A DNA stretch of 64,000 nucleotides, from positions 19,603,292 through 19,667,291 of the forward strand of contig OZ316898.1 in assembly GCA_973895155.1 (NCBI GenBank). The letters are read 5' to 3'. The stretch is from Marsupella aquatica (Eukaryota > Plantae > Marchantiophyta). This document shows, piece by piece, positions 37,695-49,159 of the stretch (positions within the stretch are counted from its first letter, which is position 1; every line of letters starts with the position of its first letter). Below the pieces are notes generated by a model that saw only the letters and a program-made list of their open reading frames with translations, was not told the DNA's origin and searched no databases. The position numbers and the translations under genes are program-made.

Positions 37695-40652
37695 TTGTTG
37701 GCACCCCGAGCAGCAGACAGGAACCAGTTGACCGAAGTTCAGACTCTTTTGAAGTTCAAATATTTGACGGCCTTAGATACTTGGATATTAACCAGAGGGT
37801 ACTACAGTACGTGGAAGGACACAGACCAAAGTCCCTGTTCTTGGTGGGGAGTAACTTGCTCGGAAAATTTCACGGTAACGAGGCTTAGTCTTTCGGGTTG
37901 GGGACTGACGGGACTGCCAAGTCTCGGAGTTTTGTCGAACCTTACCGATCTTCGCGAGTTGGATTTGTCATTCAATAGTTTTAGAAGTAGTGTCGACGTC
38001 GGTGCTGTAAAAATTAGCATTCCTGGCGACATCGGATCCTTGGTTGCGCTTACTCACCTTACCCTTGCAGTTAACCAGTTCTCAGGTCCGATACCTAGTA
38101 GCATTTCTGCCTGCCGCAGCCTACAGTACCTAAATGTGGGATCCAATGAACTTAACGGTGTGATCCCCGATCTGAGCGCCTTGCGCAACCTACAGTTTCT
38201 CTACGCCGAAGGCAATCATCTTAGTGGCCCTTTTCCGCAATGGCTAGGGCAATTACACAGCCTTCTGGCGGTGAAACTGTCGGGTAACAATTTTACTGGT
38301 AAAGTCCCCTCTCTTTCGAACCTAACCGAGCTATTGGAGATAGTACTTGATGACAACGCCTTTACGGGGTTTGAAGAGCCAGTGTTCCCAGGTTCACAGA
38401 ATTTAGAGCACTTGTCCGTGCAGAACAATCAACTAGGGGGTCCGATTCCACCTAGCATTACTAATTTTCGGAATATGAGGATGCTTAATTTGTCCAACAA
38501 CCAACTCATTGGCCAGATCCCTCGTGGGTTTTTGCTAAATATGAGCCGAGCCATCTCGTTCGATTTATCTTATAATCAACTCACGGGAAACATCCCTTCG
38601 AATTTGCTGCAGCCTACTACAATTGCCGTTTATATGCCTGTCTTGAGGTTCTCAAACAATCTTCTGACTGGTTCGATACCATTCGATGGAACCCAGCAAT
38701 ACCATTACCATACCTTAGATTTTAGTAACAATAAACTGAGTGGATCAATTCCTTCCATTTGCAACAATGGAACTAGCTTTTTCTCCCACTTTTGGCTTCA
38801 AAACAACCAGCTAGAAGGATACATTGTCGATTTTCTCGCGCACTCTTATTCTTGTATAGTGGACTTGCAAGTAGCAAACAATTCCTTCAGTGGGGACCTG
38901 TCGAGAATAGCTTCTATCAGTGAGACTAGTATGGATTTGGTTAGGACGCAATCGCGACTACAAACCGTAGACCTCAGCAACAACAGTTTTTGGATGAGTA
39001 CCACAGAAGCCAATCCTGATCCATTGAGGGTTTTGCTGGAGTTTTTTGTGCTCAATACATCTGTGACGAATTTTCGAATCCCAGGGAACAATTTCTCCGG
39101 AATTAGTCTACCTGCATACTTCTCCGTCGCGGCAAATTCCCTCAATTTTTTTGATTTAAGTCACAGTCATCTGATGGGGAACATATCTGACGCAGCACTC
39201 AACAGCACATGGTTCCCGGCAATCCAATCTTTGAACTTGTCTAACAATGCCTTGACGGGACCAATCCCGGAAGCCATTGTCATGCTTCCGAAAATAGTGG
39301 TTCCTGATCTCTCCAACAATAGTCTATCTGGATTGTTTCCTTCTATACTGCCAGCAAGTATCAAGCTTCTGTTTGCAGGCAACGATGGACTTTGCGGTGG
39401 TCCCTTACGAGCTTGTACGCAAGCGACACGTTCACAATGGTGGATTTTGGTCGTTGCAATTGGGGGTTCTATTATAATAGTTGTGTTAAGTTGTTTGGTT
39501 GTTGCGTGGCGATGGAGAGTGTACCGCAAAATGCACCAACAAGATGCTGATTTAATCAAAACACTGCTGGAGAGAGAATCAGCATCGTTGATGTCCCTTC
39601 GCGAGCTGAAGAAAGCGACAAACAACTTTGCTGAGGATTCACAAATAGGAGAGGGAGGCTTTGGGACTGTCTACACAGGCAAGCTTAATGACGGAACCAA
39701 AGTGGCCATCAAGAGAAGCAAGTTCGAAGGAATGGAGAAGGACAAACAACGATTCTTGAACGAGGTCAGGATATTGTCTCAAGTAAACCACCGTCATCTT
39801 GCGAAGCTCCTCGGTTGTTGCATGGAGAACAAGATTGCTTTGCTTGTCTTTGAATTTGTTTCAAATGGCACACTCCAAGAACATCTTCAAGGAAAGACTG
39901 AGGGTATACATTTGAGCTGGAAACAACGGCTTCAGATTGCGATTCAAACAGCAGATGCTCGAAATTATCTTCATTCAGCTGCAAGTTTCCCAATCTATCA
40001 TCGGGATGTCAAGTCGGCTAACATTCTGTTAGACAAGGACCTTAATGCCAAAGTGGCAGATTTTGGAATCTCGAAGTTGGCTCCCCTCGAAGCGACGCAT
40101 GTTTCAACAGTTGCAATCCAAGGCACCATGGGCTATATGGATCCCGAATACTACACCTCCTACAGACTAACTGATAAAAGTGACGTGTACAGCTTTGGTG
40201 TGGTCCTATTGGAACTCATCTCAGCAAAGGCTGTCATAGACTTTATGAGGGGTGAAGAAAAAACCAGTTTGGTGAATTTTGCAAGGATAGACGTCGAGAA
40301 AGGGGACTTGCAAGAACTGATCGATCAGGCTCTTCTGGAGACCTACAATGATTCGACCGGTAATGGCAGGGAGTCAATCTTGAATGTGGGCAGGCTAGCT
40401 CTGAAGTGTCTGCAGATACGATCCAAGGCCAGACCAAGCATGCAAGAGGTGTGGAAAGAGCTGCAAGATATATGGCTGGCGATTTCATGCACGTCCGAGG
40501 AATTGTGCTCTATTAATGATGAAAAGAAGGACATACTGCGCAATTACGCAATTATCCTATCTGAATCTTCCCCTTCTGGATCTTCCCCTTCCAGTTGCCC
40601 TAGTTTTAGTGTAAAAAGTGATGATGGTAGTATTGAGATGTCATTAAAGTAA
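37695..40652 (+). CDS. LRR receptor-like kinase with WAK/WAKL-type kinase domain, copy 2 (start and signal peptide probably in an upstream exon)
   Basis: LRRNT (EVQTLLKFK...SPCSWWGVTC), about 20 LRRs, TM segment and RD kinase in a single long ORF; no ATG before the LRRs. Confidence 0.93.
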   Translation: MLAPRAADRNQLTEVQTLLKFKYLTALDTWILTRGYYSTWKDTDQSPCSWWGVTCSENFTVTRLSLSGWGLTGLPSLGVLSNLTDLRELDLSFNSFRSSVDVGAVKISIPGDIGSLVALTHLTLAVNQFSGPIPSSISACRSLQYLNVGSNELNGVIPDLSALRNLQFLYAEGNHLSGPFPQWLGQLHSLLAVKLSGNNFTGKVPSLSNLTELLEIVLDDNAFTGFEEPVFPGSQNLEHLSVQNNQLGGPIPPSITNFRNMRMLNLSNNQLIGQIPRGFLLNMSRAISFDLSYNQLTGNIPSNLLQPTTIAVYMPVLRFSNNLLTGSIPFDGTQQYHYHTLDFSNNKLSGSIPSICNNGTSFFSHFWLQNNQLEGYIVDFLAHSYSCIVDLQVANNSFSGDLSRIASISETSMDLVRTQSRLQTVDLSNNSFWMSTTEANPDPLRVLLEFFVLNTSVTNFRIPGNNFSGISLPAYFSVAANSLNFFDLSHSHLMGNISDAALNSTWFPAIQSLNLSNNALTGPIPEAIVMLPKIVVPDLSNNSLSGLFPSILPASIKLLFAGNDGLCGGPLRACTQATRSQWWILVVAIGGSIIIVVLSCLVVAWRWRVYRKMHQQDADLIKTLLERESASLMSLRELKKATNNFAEDSQIGEGGFGTVYTGKLNDGTKVAIKRSKFEGMEKDKQRFLNEVRILSQVNHRHLAKLLGCCMENKIALLVFEFVSNGTLQEHLQGKTEGIHLSWKQRLQIAIQTADARNYLHSAASFPIYHRDVKSANILLDKDLNAKVADFGISKLAPLEATHVSTVAIQGTMGYMDPEYYTSYRLTDKSDVYSFGVVLLELISAKAVIDFMRGEEKTSLVNFARIDVEKGDLQELIDQALLETYNDSTGNGRESILNVGRLALKCLQIRSKARPSMQEVWKELQDIWLAISCTSEELCSINDEKKDILRNYAIILSESSPSGSSPSSCPSFSVKSDDGSIEMSLK

Positions 40653-41294
40653 TCGGCCTCAGTAGTGGCCTGCATGCCACAGAGGTTAAGAAAATTGTGG
40701 GTCAGATATATTGAGGTTAAATTCGTACGTATCAGAGAACAGCTGTTAAGGTCTCCCATCCTTAGTTTGAGGAATCTATTGAAAAATGGTACCAGTCGAA
40801 GGCTCACTGCAGTAACTTATTGTAGCAGTCCTTTAGCAAGCAGGTGAAGAATTGTAGAGAGCTAGCCTAGGTTGAGAGAAGTCCTCACGTTTGATTGAAT
40901 TGCCTGGCTTGCACGTTATAAGGGTCAGAATTTGTCCTACACAGCTATCTCTTGCATCAACGGGGTCTGGGAACCCCGAGCCATACTCTGGTCTTCTAGG
41001 TGCAGCTACTCCTGTTCGTAGCGTACAGGTTGGCCTTTGGGATTTGTAGGTGTACGCACTATGTACAAATTGAGTTCTTAGTTTCTTGTAGATTTCATTA
41101 ATTATAAAGCCTGAATATGATCAAGAGTCCTGAATCGCTTTCTAAGAGAATTGCAACACGTTCATGTGTGTTGCAGAGTTTAACAATGTAGCCTTATAGT
41201 TCAGATCTACCTCTTGAAATCACTTTTCTTGTCATTGACAGTCTCTTGCAGAGTAGAAGCAAATTTTCTTGGTTTTTTCGTCGGTGGAGATTAA
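38591..41294 (+). repeat. Segmental duplication, copy B (matches 1-2717)
   Basis: Collinear near-identity; lacks the 13-bp tandem duplication present at 2443-2468. Confidence 0.95.
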
Positions 41295-42539
41295 TCTGTC
41301 GGCATCTGAAATTTAAGGCTGGTCCTGATTCTCTCTAGTGGGATAAACAGAACCACTTGAGGTTAATCAGATAGCATGCAGAATTTCTTTCTCCTAAATT
41401 CTCCAATTCTCTCTATCGATGTAAATAGGATCATGTTTCCTTTCCAGCTGAGAGCTTTAATTTTCTAGAAGTCAACGTACAGGTGCACCTTTTCGTGGTT
41501 TCTGCTATTCTTCTGCTGGCATTGAAGTGAAATCATATGCTGTAGATTCACAGAAGTTGTGTAGAAACCAGCTGCTGCACTTTGCTTCTTTGAATTTGGA
41601 CTTCAAATTGGCAGCGTTGATTTTACCTATGGCAATCTGCATGCATCAAAATTCATTCCACCACTTCACATCCTAAACTTGGTCAGGAAAGGAGCCAGAA
41701 TTCGATTGAGGAGAGGGGAACTTCAATTTTGTGCCATTCCAATTGAGTCAGTGTGGCGAAAAATTTATCTAAACTTCTACAGTTTAAGCAAAGCTCAGAA
41801 AAAAGACAGATTTCTTTCAGAAGTCCGAAGTCTACTTATCTTCCAATGAAGTTTAATCTATGGAGTGGATCATGCTGTCTGACCTCGCGGTTCAATGAAG
41901 CACTGTACGAAGTATTCTGTACACCAAAGTATCCACCAATGAGCGAGTTACCCAAAACGCAGTTGGCATTGTGAAAAGATCATGTAAGTGACGGACTGGG
42001 AATTTAATGAATTCAAGCCCAGGCCCTGCCAATACTACCATACAGCGTTAGAGTTGAACATACGATCGTTTGGTGGAATCCCATGAGGACCGATTTTCAG
42101 AATCTATATTCTTATCCCATAATATGCAACATACAAGAAATTGGTTTCATTGAATAGTTTGTACGAGAAAAGCTATACGAGAATGTGCATACTTTACGAG
42201 GTATTCTATGTTGCGAGCAAAGAGGAGATTTTGATAGTGACTAGATTTTGATAGCAAGACAAAAATGGTTCAAAATTTCAGTTGCTTTTTGGTGCCTTTT
42301 ACATTTTTTGTGTTTTTTAAAGAGTCCAGATGGCAAAAAGGGAATCCCCAAAAGGGATGTTACCAACCAGGTAGTTGATAGCGAGGTAGTTGCATGTAGA
42401 AAAATAAGGATCATGCAAGAATGTTTTTTGCTCGTGCAAGGAAAATTTTTACTGTTTGCTCGCACGTTACAATTACCCATACTTTACACCCAGCAACATT
42501 TTACTTGGTGCTGATCACTCCATGCCCTGCTCAATCATC

Positions 42540-43947
42540 GTAATTAGTGTGACCAACACTTGTCTAATTTGAGAGGTGTTGATCACTCCCCTACACTCTT
42601 CACCTTAATTAGTGTGACTAACACTTATCTAATTTGAGAGCTCTGATTTTCAGGTCTACTCTCAAATTAGTGTTAGTCACACTAGTTTTGTGCTAACAGT
42701 ATTTCTGGGCTATGAATTAGTGCTAGTGTGATCTCAAGAGTGGAAAAATAGAGGAGGAAAACTATATGGAAAAATCTACAAGAAGTAATGTATTTTGGAC
42801 TCAAACTCATCCATTTTCTATGAGCAATTTAAACAGGGGTGGAAAAAAACTATTCTAAAAAATTGCAAAAATTAATGTCACTTGCACTCAATTATTTTGA
42901 CCAAAATTAGTGTTAGTAAAACAAATTTTGTACTAATGCTAATTTTTGCATTACTCTAATTTAGGTGAACAGTATAGATCCTTGTATTGTACTCATGGTA
43001 AGACATTTACCTCCTGGCTACTCAAATGGCTTTGTTGTCCATGATGCACTATACTGGTATTGTTGTTCAGAAGCCATTACTCAGCACGTGGATATATTGG
43101 GAGCAAGTATTTGGGTAGGAAGCCTTGGTGGACAATTAGAGTGGGGAGGGGCCCAAGTTGGGAGCAAGCAGGGGGCAAAGGGAAAATGGGTGGGGGAAGG
43201 GAGCTTTCCTTTGTGTCACTTCTTGCACGCTTGAGAGGTGAATAGGTGAGAGCATCTCCATGGCAAGACAGATAACTACATCTAGAGTTGAGGCTTCTAA
43301 GGCACTTAATGCCCTTAACAAATTTTCAATCTGTATTTTTGGTGCTTTTATATAGAAGAATGCAGAGCCCACATTTGGATGGGGCATTCTGAAACTTCTC
43401 CTCCACCTTTAGCAAAGCTAGTAGAAGAGGGCACTTAAATAGGCCTTTAAGTGCACTAATGCCCTGGTATGAAGGCATCATGGGCAACAGTATCTCCTCA
43501 AAACTTGAGCTAAAGCCTTGAGTTCATTTCTCAGGGGTTTACGTCCCACAATGCGTAATGCCCTGGCTGTTATCAGGGCATTTGTATGTGCTTAGTTAGT
43601 AATGTCTGTGATTTTACTCTTTGTAATTTTCAAGCTTGGAAAGAAATAATGCACACTCAAGATTCATTGGATCAGCTTATTACAAAAATTCTCCTCAGTC
43701 TACTTTAGCTGAAACTGCTTGAAACACAAACTTCACAGACCTTTAAGTGCATTAAGGTCCCTGTTATCTAGGTGGGCATTAAGACAAACAATACCTTGTA
43801 AACATCACTTGTCTATATCCAAACAGTCCCACTGCTTTCTCTCGTGAACAAAAGTTGGCACTAGGAGGAATTTCAAAGTTTTCATGCAAAAAAGTAGCCC
43901 TAATGCCTGTCGTGCCAACTTACTGTATTCTAGTATGTTTTGTGGTG
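42540..43947. mobile_element. Degenerate DNA-transposon remnants with subterminal repeats
   Basis: Direct and inverted AATTAGTGT(G/T)A motifs (42540-42960) and TAATGCCCT/GGGCATT motifs (43290-43910), ending TTTTGTGGTG. Confidence 0.4.
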
Positions 43948-44296
43948 AGTCCCCTAATTGCACATCAAACTGTGACAATACATATTATACTATGAAATAA
44001 CACACACTCAACTATATTAAGAGAATTATTGGGTATATCTTGGTATGTGGTGACAGACTCCACCCTATATTGTTGCATTGTGTGTCCTCCATTCAGGTTG
44101 ACAAAATGAACCAGAAGCAATCCTAGACAGATAGTTAGTAGTTCAACACAAAAGAGTTGGTAAGTGGTAAATGCAAATTTCCTATATGAGTAGGAATCAA
44201 TTGAATAATTGCAAATTGTTCTAGGAGGCTGCATGCCATAATTGATTCTATTTTTTTTTTTTAGAAAAGTAGGCCGCTGATAGCAAACCACCATAA

Positions 44297-44744
44297 TCTT
44301 ACTTATAAATCAAGCGCCAACTATAAGCTAGAGTGGTGACCTAGGCTTCCGTAGAGTGAAGCCTCTAGATCATAACTCCATGGCTCATCATGTGAATGTA
44401 AAATTCATGACTATGATGTATGTCAATTGATAATCATGCATATTTTTTGTCATGATTTTTATTTGCATTAAAAAATGTAACATATGTGCACGGAAAGAGA
44501 GATGTGCACAAAAAAAGAGTATCATATGTTATGAATGATTATTAAAATGATGACATGTATGATATTTTTTTAATCATTAGACTTAATGATCCACCTGGGC
44601 TTCAGTTTCTAGATAAGTGCCTCTAAAATAACATGGGGGTACACGGATTAATTCAAAAGAATATGAGTAAAGTACATATTTTGGTGATATTTTTTTTGTC
44701 TTCCCCTCTCTATTCATGGTCAAAGAAGGGGTAGTCGTGGCTAG
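44297..44744 (+). mobile_element. Non-autonomous Helitron, family A
   Basis: A|TCTTACTTATAA...TCAAAGAAGGGGTAGTCGTGGCTAG|T; homologous to the two minus-strand copies. Confidence 0.75.
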
Positions 44745-46706
44745 TAAGAGAGAAACAATTGAGTTTGGGCAATATGCAATTACCAAACTTTACGAGGCAT
44801 GTTTTTGTCTCTAGTATTTTGTATTTTCTCGTCATTTGGAGTGAAGGTGCTCTGGCGTGACAAGGCAAAGAAGGATCAAGAGGAGCCTGTCTCTACACCC
44901 TTGACAAGAGAGCCATCCCAGTGACAGTGTCAAAGAAGAACCAAGACGAGGCGAAAACAGTTCCATCCTCGAATCCTCTACATTTGATCTGCCACTGAGA
45001 GGACATAATAATAATGATGAGAGAAATGAGTAACATTTGACGACAGGGGCCCGAATGACTGAATGGATCTGCAGCAGCACGGTCAGAATCCAAGCTGATC
45101 GACGATTGTCCGTAATGGGTACCCGCCTGTTATGGCCGTTTGGGAGCATTGCCAATTGCAAATTGGGCAGCCCAGCGTCTGTGTCTGCCCAGCTGCTTTC
45201 ATCCTCGTCCATCACCGTCTTGAAACCACAAAATCAGCTGCATTCATTACTATTGTAAGCTCTCGCAACGAGAATACGAGATTGATCATCAGTTGACTGA
45301 AGAGAGAAAGCTTCTCTGTACAGTAGATTGATGGGATTTCGTCTAGGAGGATCGATTTCTCTTCGGTTGGGGAGTTGGGCTGCTGCCTTGTCATCTGGCG
45401 GCTGTTGGGGCACTCAGTAGTTTGAAGAGCCGTCCGTTCGAGTCTGTTATTAGAGGCTGACGAGGGACGTGAGGGGCCTTGAACGCCATGCTCCCGTGTC
45501 GTCACCAGCTTTGTTTTACGTGCAATCACAGTCGTTTGATTGATGCTTTCTTCTACTGTTCTGGAGCTACGTTGAACTATGCCAGTCAGAGATGATGATT
45601 CAGGATCTGGTTGCGGGTTGGTGAGGTGGGCAGGTAGGCTAGCACTGTTACTCAATTCTTGATCCTATGAGTCTTTCCCGCAAAGAAAATCCCAAGTTCA
45701 GTAACTTGACCTCGTCTGTAGAAGAAGTTCTCGTGCGATCTTGGAATCGTAGCTGGCTAGCTACCTCTCTATACTGACAACTAGTGAATCAGCAGATAAT
45801 CAATCATGTAGACTGGCAGACAATCAGTGCTGTCGGAGTCGAGAATTTTCCCTCGTCGTACTGCCGCTGAGCGACTTTCTTGACGACTTTCAGAGGATGT
45901 AATTTAAAACGAAAAGACTTTCAGATTACTGTTTGGCCAATCGAAAGCCGATTCTGTTGGCAGATCGCATTGCCGAGGGCGGGCTCGCTATGTATACGTT
46001 CGGGTGTCATGTAGACATACGTCAGCAGCACGATGTTATACATTCATACCAATCAGTCAGATCGACAAGTTCTGCATTCCATACAGTGGGCGAAAGAGGG
46101 GAATTTTCCCTGTCAGTAAGATAATCACAGCAGGGTTCGGTATGGTTTGATCTTGGTGCCCCACCTTGCCTCGCCAAGACCCGTTGCTACTACAGTGGAG
46201 AGCTCACCACTTAGAGCTGGTTTTGTTCAGAGAAGGGGAATGAAATGAAGCAGCAGAGGAGAAACGGATTCCGAACTTCTGACGATCATCTCTGCAAGTA
46301 TGCGCTCTGCCTTTTCATACCAACAATTGTCCGTTCGAGAGTGAGGCAGTGAGCGAGTCGTCATCGGTAAGCAAGTTGGGTAGATGCCTGCCTAGGGTAG
46401 GGGGGGTGGGGGGTGTGTAAGGGAGGTAGGAAAAAAGAGGGACCACCCACGTATACGTGTCCGTGGGGAGTTTCAACTAATCAAGCTGATCGTGCCTGTC
46501 CCCCTCACCACGCCTGCCTCTTTCCTCTGTGAAACCGAGTACTGCCTATTTCTTGAATTCTGGTATGTCATGGTTTCGTGAATGTGATTTTCCGACGTAG
46601 GCTTTAAGAGAAGATTTCCATGTCACGTCTTCTTAGCTAGTGTCTTGGTGAGTACCACCCTGCCCAGAAGATGGGTGGAAATAGCAGTGAAGGCTAGCTC
46701 GCTGTG

Positions 46707-46737
46707 GCTGAGCTGAGCTGAGCTGAGCTGAGCTGAG
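46707..46737. repeat. (GCTGA)6 microsatellite
   Basis: Perfect pentamer run. Confidence 0.95.
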
Positions 46738-48676
46738 ATGAGCAGAACTGAGTCGAAAAACGCTCTGCACACGCTAGTCATGAGGAGCTGTAAAGCATCG
46801 AGTGAACAGTCTACAGTGTTGCATTCAAGACTGTTGCTGAGATTCTCTGGGAAAGGTAGTGTGAATTGTTTCGCTGACTGCCCTTCGGGGACGAGATAGT
46901 AAGTTGATTACACCGATGACGACATCATATGACCCTCCCCTGATGTGTCGATATTGTTCGCCAAGAGAAGGATGGGCTGTTGTTGTTTTGCCTACTGTAT
47001 AAAATAATTTGTTGAGTTGTTTAGCCTTCTTGGGCGAGAGAGAAAGCTGGGTAAAATAGGGCCAATTCTTCACTTCTTTGACAAGCTTCGTATCAGTCAG
47101 CTGAGGCTAAGGGATATAAATGAACAGAGAATGAATTAAGCAAGGGATTTTTTGACTGGACGAAGCGAAACAAGCTTTCGATTTTTCCATCAGTAGCAGG
47201 TGAAGATGTATAGATTCTTTAGTATAACAGTAATGCGGAATTGGTCGGCGTGCCCATCGCAAATTCGAGAAATTGAAAGAAACACTGGCTGATTACGAAC
47301 TTCGCATTCCTGCAGGAATCAGAACAGGGTTCGCTCCTAGGTAGTAGAAGCTTCCGTCGGGAGTTTTGTTGGACGCTGGCGGAGTACGGTAGATCACAAA
47401 TCCGGCAAAGGTGCCTTCGAGGAATGCCTTCCAAGTTGTTTAAAGGTCAGTTTTATCTCCCCTTCGGTTTTACTCTCTGGCGCTACTCTCCTCTCCATGA
47501 CATCTTTTTCTCGGTTTTTTATGAATTCGGTTTTATTCGTCCGTCGTGCTTCTGCTGAATGTTTTCCTCCTAAGCTGTGGTCAATGAGAGAACGCTCGGA
47601 GTTGCCCTTGGCGCTCCGAATGCAACCTGTGCTGCATCTCCGGGAGACAATTCAGAAAGCTTCCGGCCAGTAAAACCCGAAACAGCATTTTGCTTTTGTC
47701 ATTCTTTATTCGAAACAATCTTGCCTTCGAGATTGCTTCCTCACGTTCCTCTCCTATGACTCCCCGATTTGAGCACGATCCACATATTTGACGGTACTTA
47801 GGCAATAACAATAATAAGACAAAGTCACCCCACCTCAGGTGATTCTATTGAATTTTACATTTTGCTGGACTGCGGCCATCTCACTTCCCGCGCTCTTTGC
47901 TGGGAAGGTGCCCAACTCCATCAACCATAAGAGGCTATGGGTGCCGCTTTATAGCTTTAATTCGGGAGCTCTTTGTGCTGGGCCCACACTCAACAAGTCC
48001 ACTCCAAAGGACTTGTGGCTGGGGTAAACATTTATGGACATTTTTGGTTGGCTTTGCCTCGGATCGCTCTGGCATTTCTGAAATTTACGTCCAATTCAAC
48101 GGGATCTCATGCGGAATCGTTGGAATTGTTGAAGGATGATTTCCTCGTTAAGAAGGCGTTGGTGTATTGGTGTAATCAGCAACGGGGCAGCCGAATCTTG
48201 ATTCCTACGTCTACAGGAAGACGTCTTTCATATCCCTGACGATTCTGCACGACATCACTGTAGAATGCAGAAGTCCACAGAATATCAGTAGGAGCGACGG
48301 ACAGAAAATCGATGCGGAATTGAAGCGCATCTAGTGTCTCCCTTGGTGAATTTTCTAAGGGTGAATTTTCTTGATAATTATATCCATGAAATTGCGTCTG
48401 TGATGGCTTCCGTTCGTTTTCTAGCTCGATTGTTTCGTTCCAATCAGTTGTATTCCTCTGTTTGGTCAGTTGTTCCAACACGGTTCAGGCTCTCGTCGTA
48501 ATAAATTGGAGCCGTATATAGCGAGTTGGAGAATTTATGGTAGTCACAGTGTTGAACTCCAAGGTCTGTTTTGCCAACATTTCTGCTGCCTTTTTCTGCA
48601 GGTAAAAAGACGAATCCGGCTACTGCGAACTGATAAATTCTTCTATAAAGTTTAGGGGTATAGTTCAAAGGCAGCC

Positions 48677-49159
48677 ATGTCGACAACCGAATGTGGGGGT
48701 TATCACTGGAGTCAGGGACAGTACGTCGTATCAAAGTGCAACCCAGAGAGCTCTACTTTCTTCATCATACTCGGCTTCACTATGCTTGTATTAGTGCTAC
48801 TTCTTTTCGCTGTCGTTATTATTGCCTGCATAAGAAAACAACGACTGCGAACAAGGCCCCGGCCAAGTCCTCCAACGCCCCTTCAAGAAAACGAGGACGA
48901 CTGTGTGATCGATCTTGCTGGGATTGGGCAGACAGAGGACGGCTTGAACGGTAGAAATCTGGAAAATGTTAAGGCTGTAATTATGGCTGGTGACGAGAAG
49001 GCCACTTTTATTGCCCATCCTATTCCACTCAGTTCCCCTTCCCCTAGCGAATCGCCTGACGAAGAAGAGCCAGAGGTGAACCTCGACGATCTAGCACGGT
49101 CAGCACCACCAAGGCCGGGTGAAGAACCAATTCAGGGGGTGCGTCAGGAAGTGAGTTGA
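48677..49159 (+). CDS. GDU: GLUTAMINE DUMPER-like single-pass membrane protein (VIMAG family)
   Basis: One TM helix ending IIAC, basic stop-transfer, hallmark motif VIMAGDEKATFIAHP; probable 5'-UTR intron about 47446-48601. Confidence 0.85.
   Translation: MSTTECGGYHWSQGQYVVSKCNPESSTFFIILGFTMLVLVLLLFAVVIIACIRKQRLRTRPRPSPPTPLQENEDDCVIDLAGIGQTEDGLNGRNLENVKAVIMAGDEKATFIAHPIPLSSPSPSESPDEEEPEVNLDDLARSAPPRPGEEPIQGVRQEVS

Noticed and set aside
44832-45655. Two adjacent minus-strand ORFs (147 and 127 aa), considered as a peptide precursor or gene
   Set aside because: Non-ATG starts in the track, no signal peptide and no recognisable motif.
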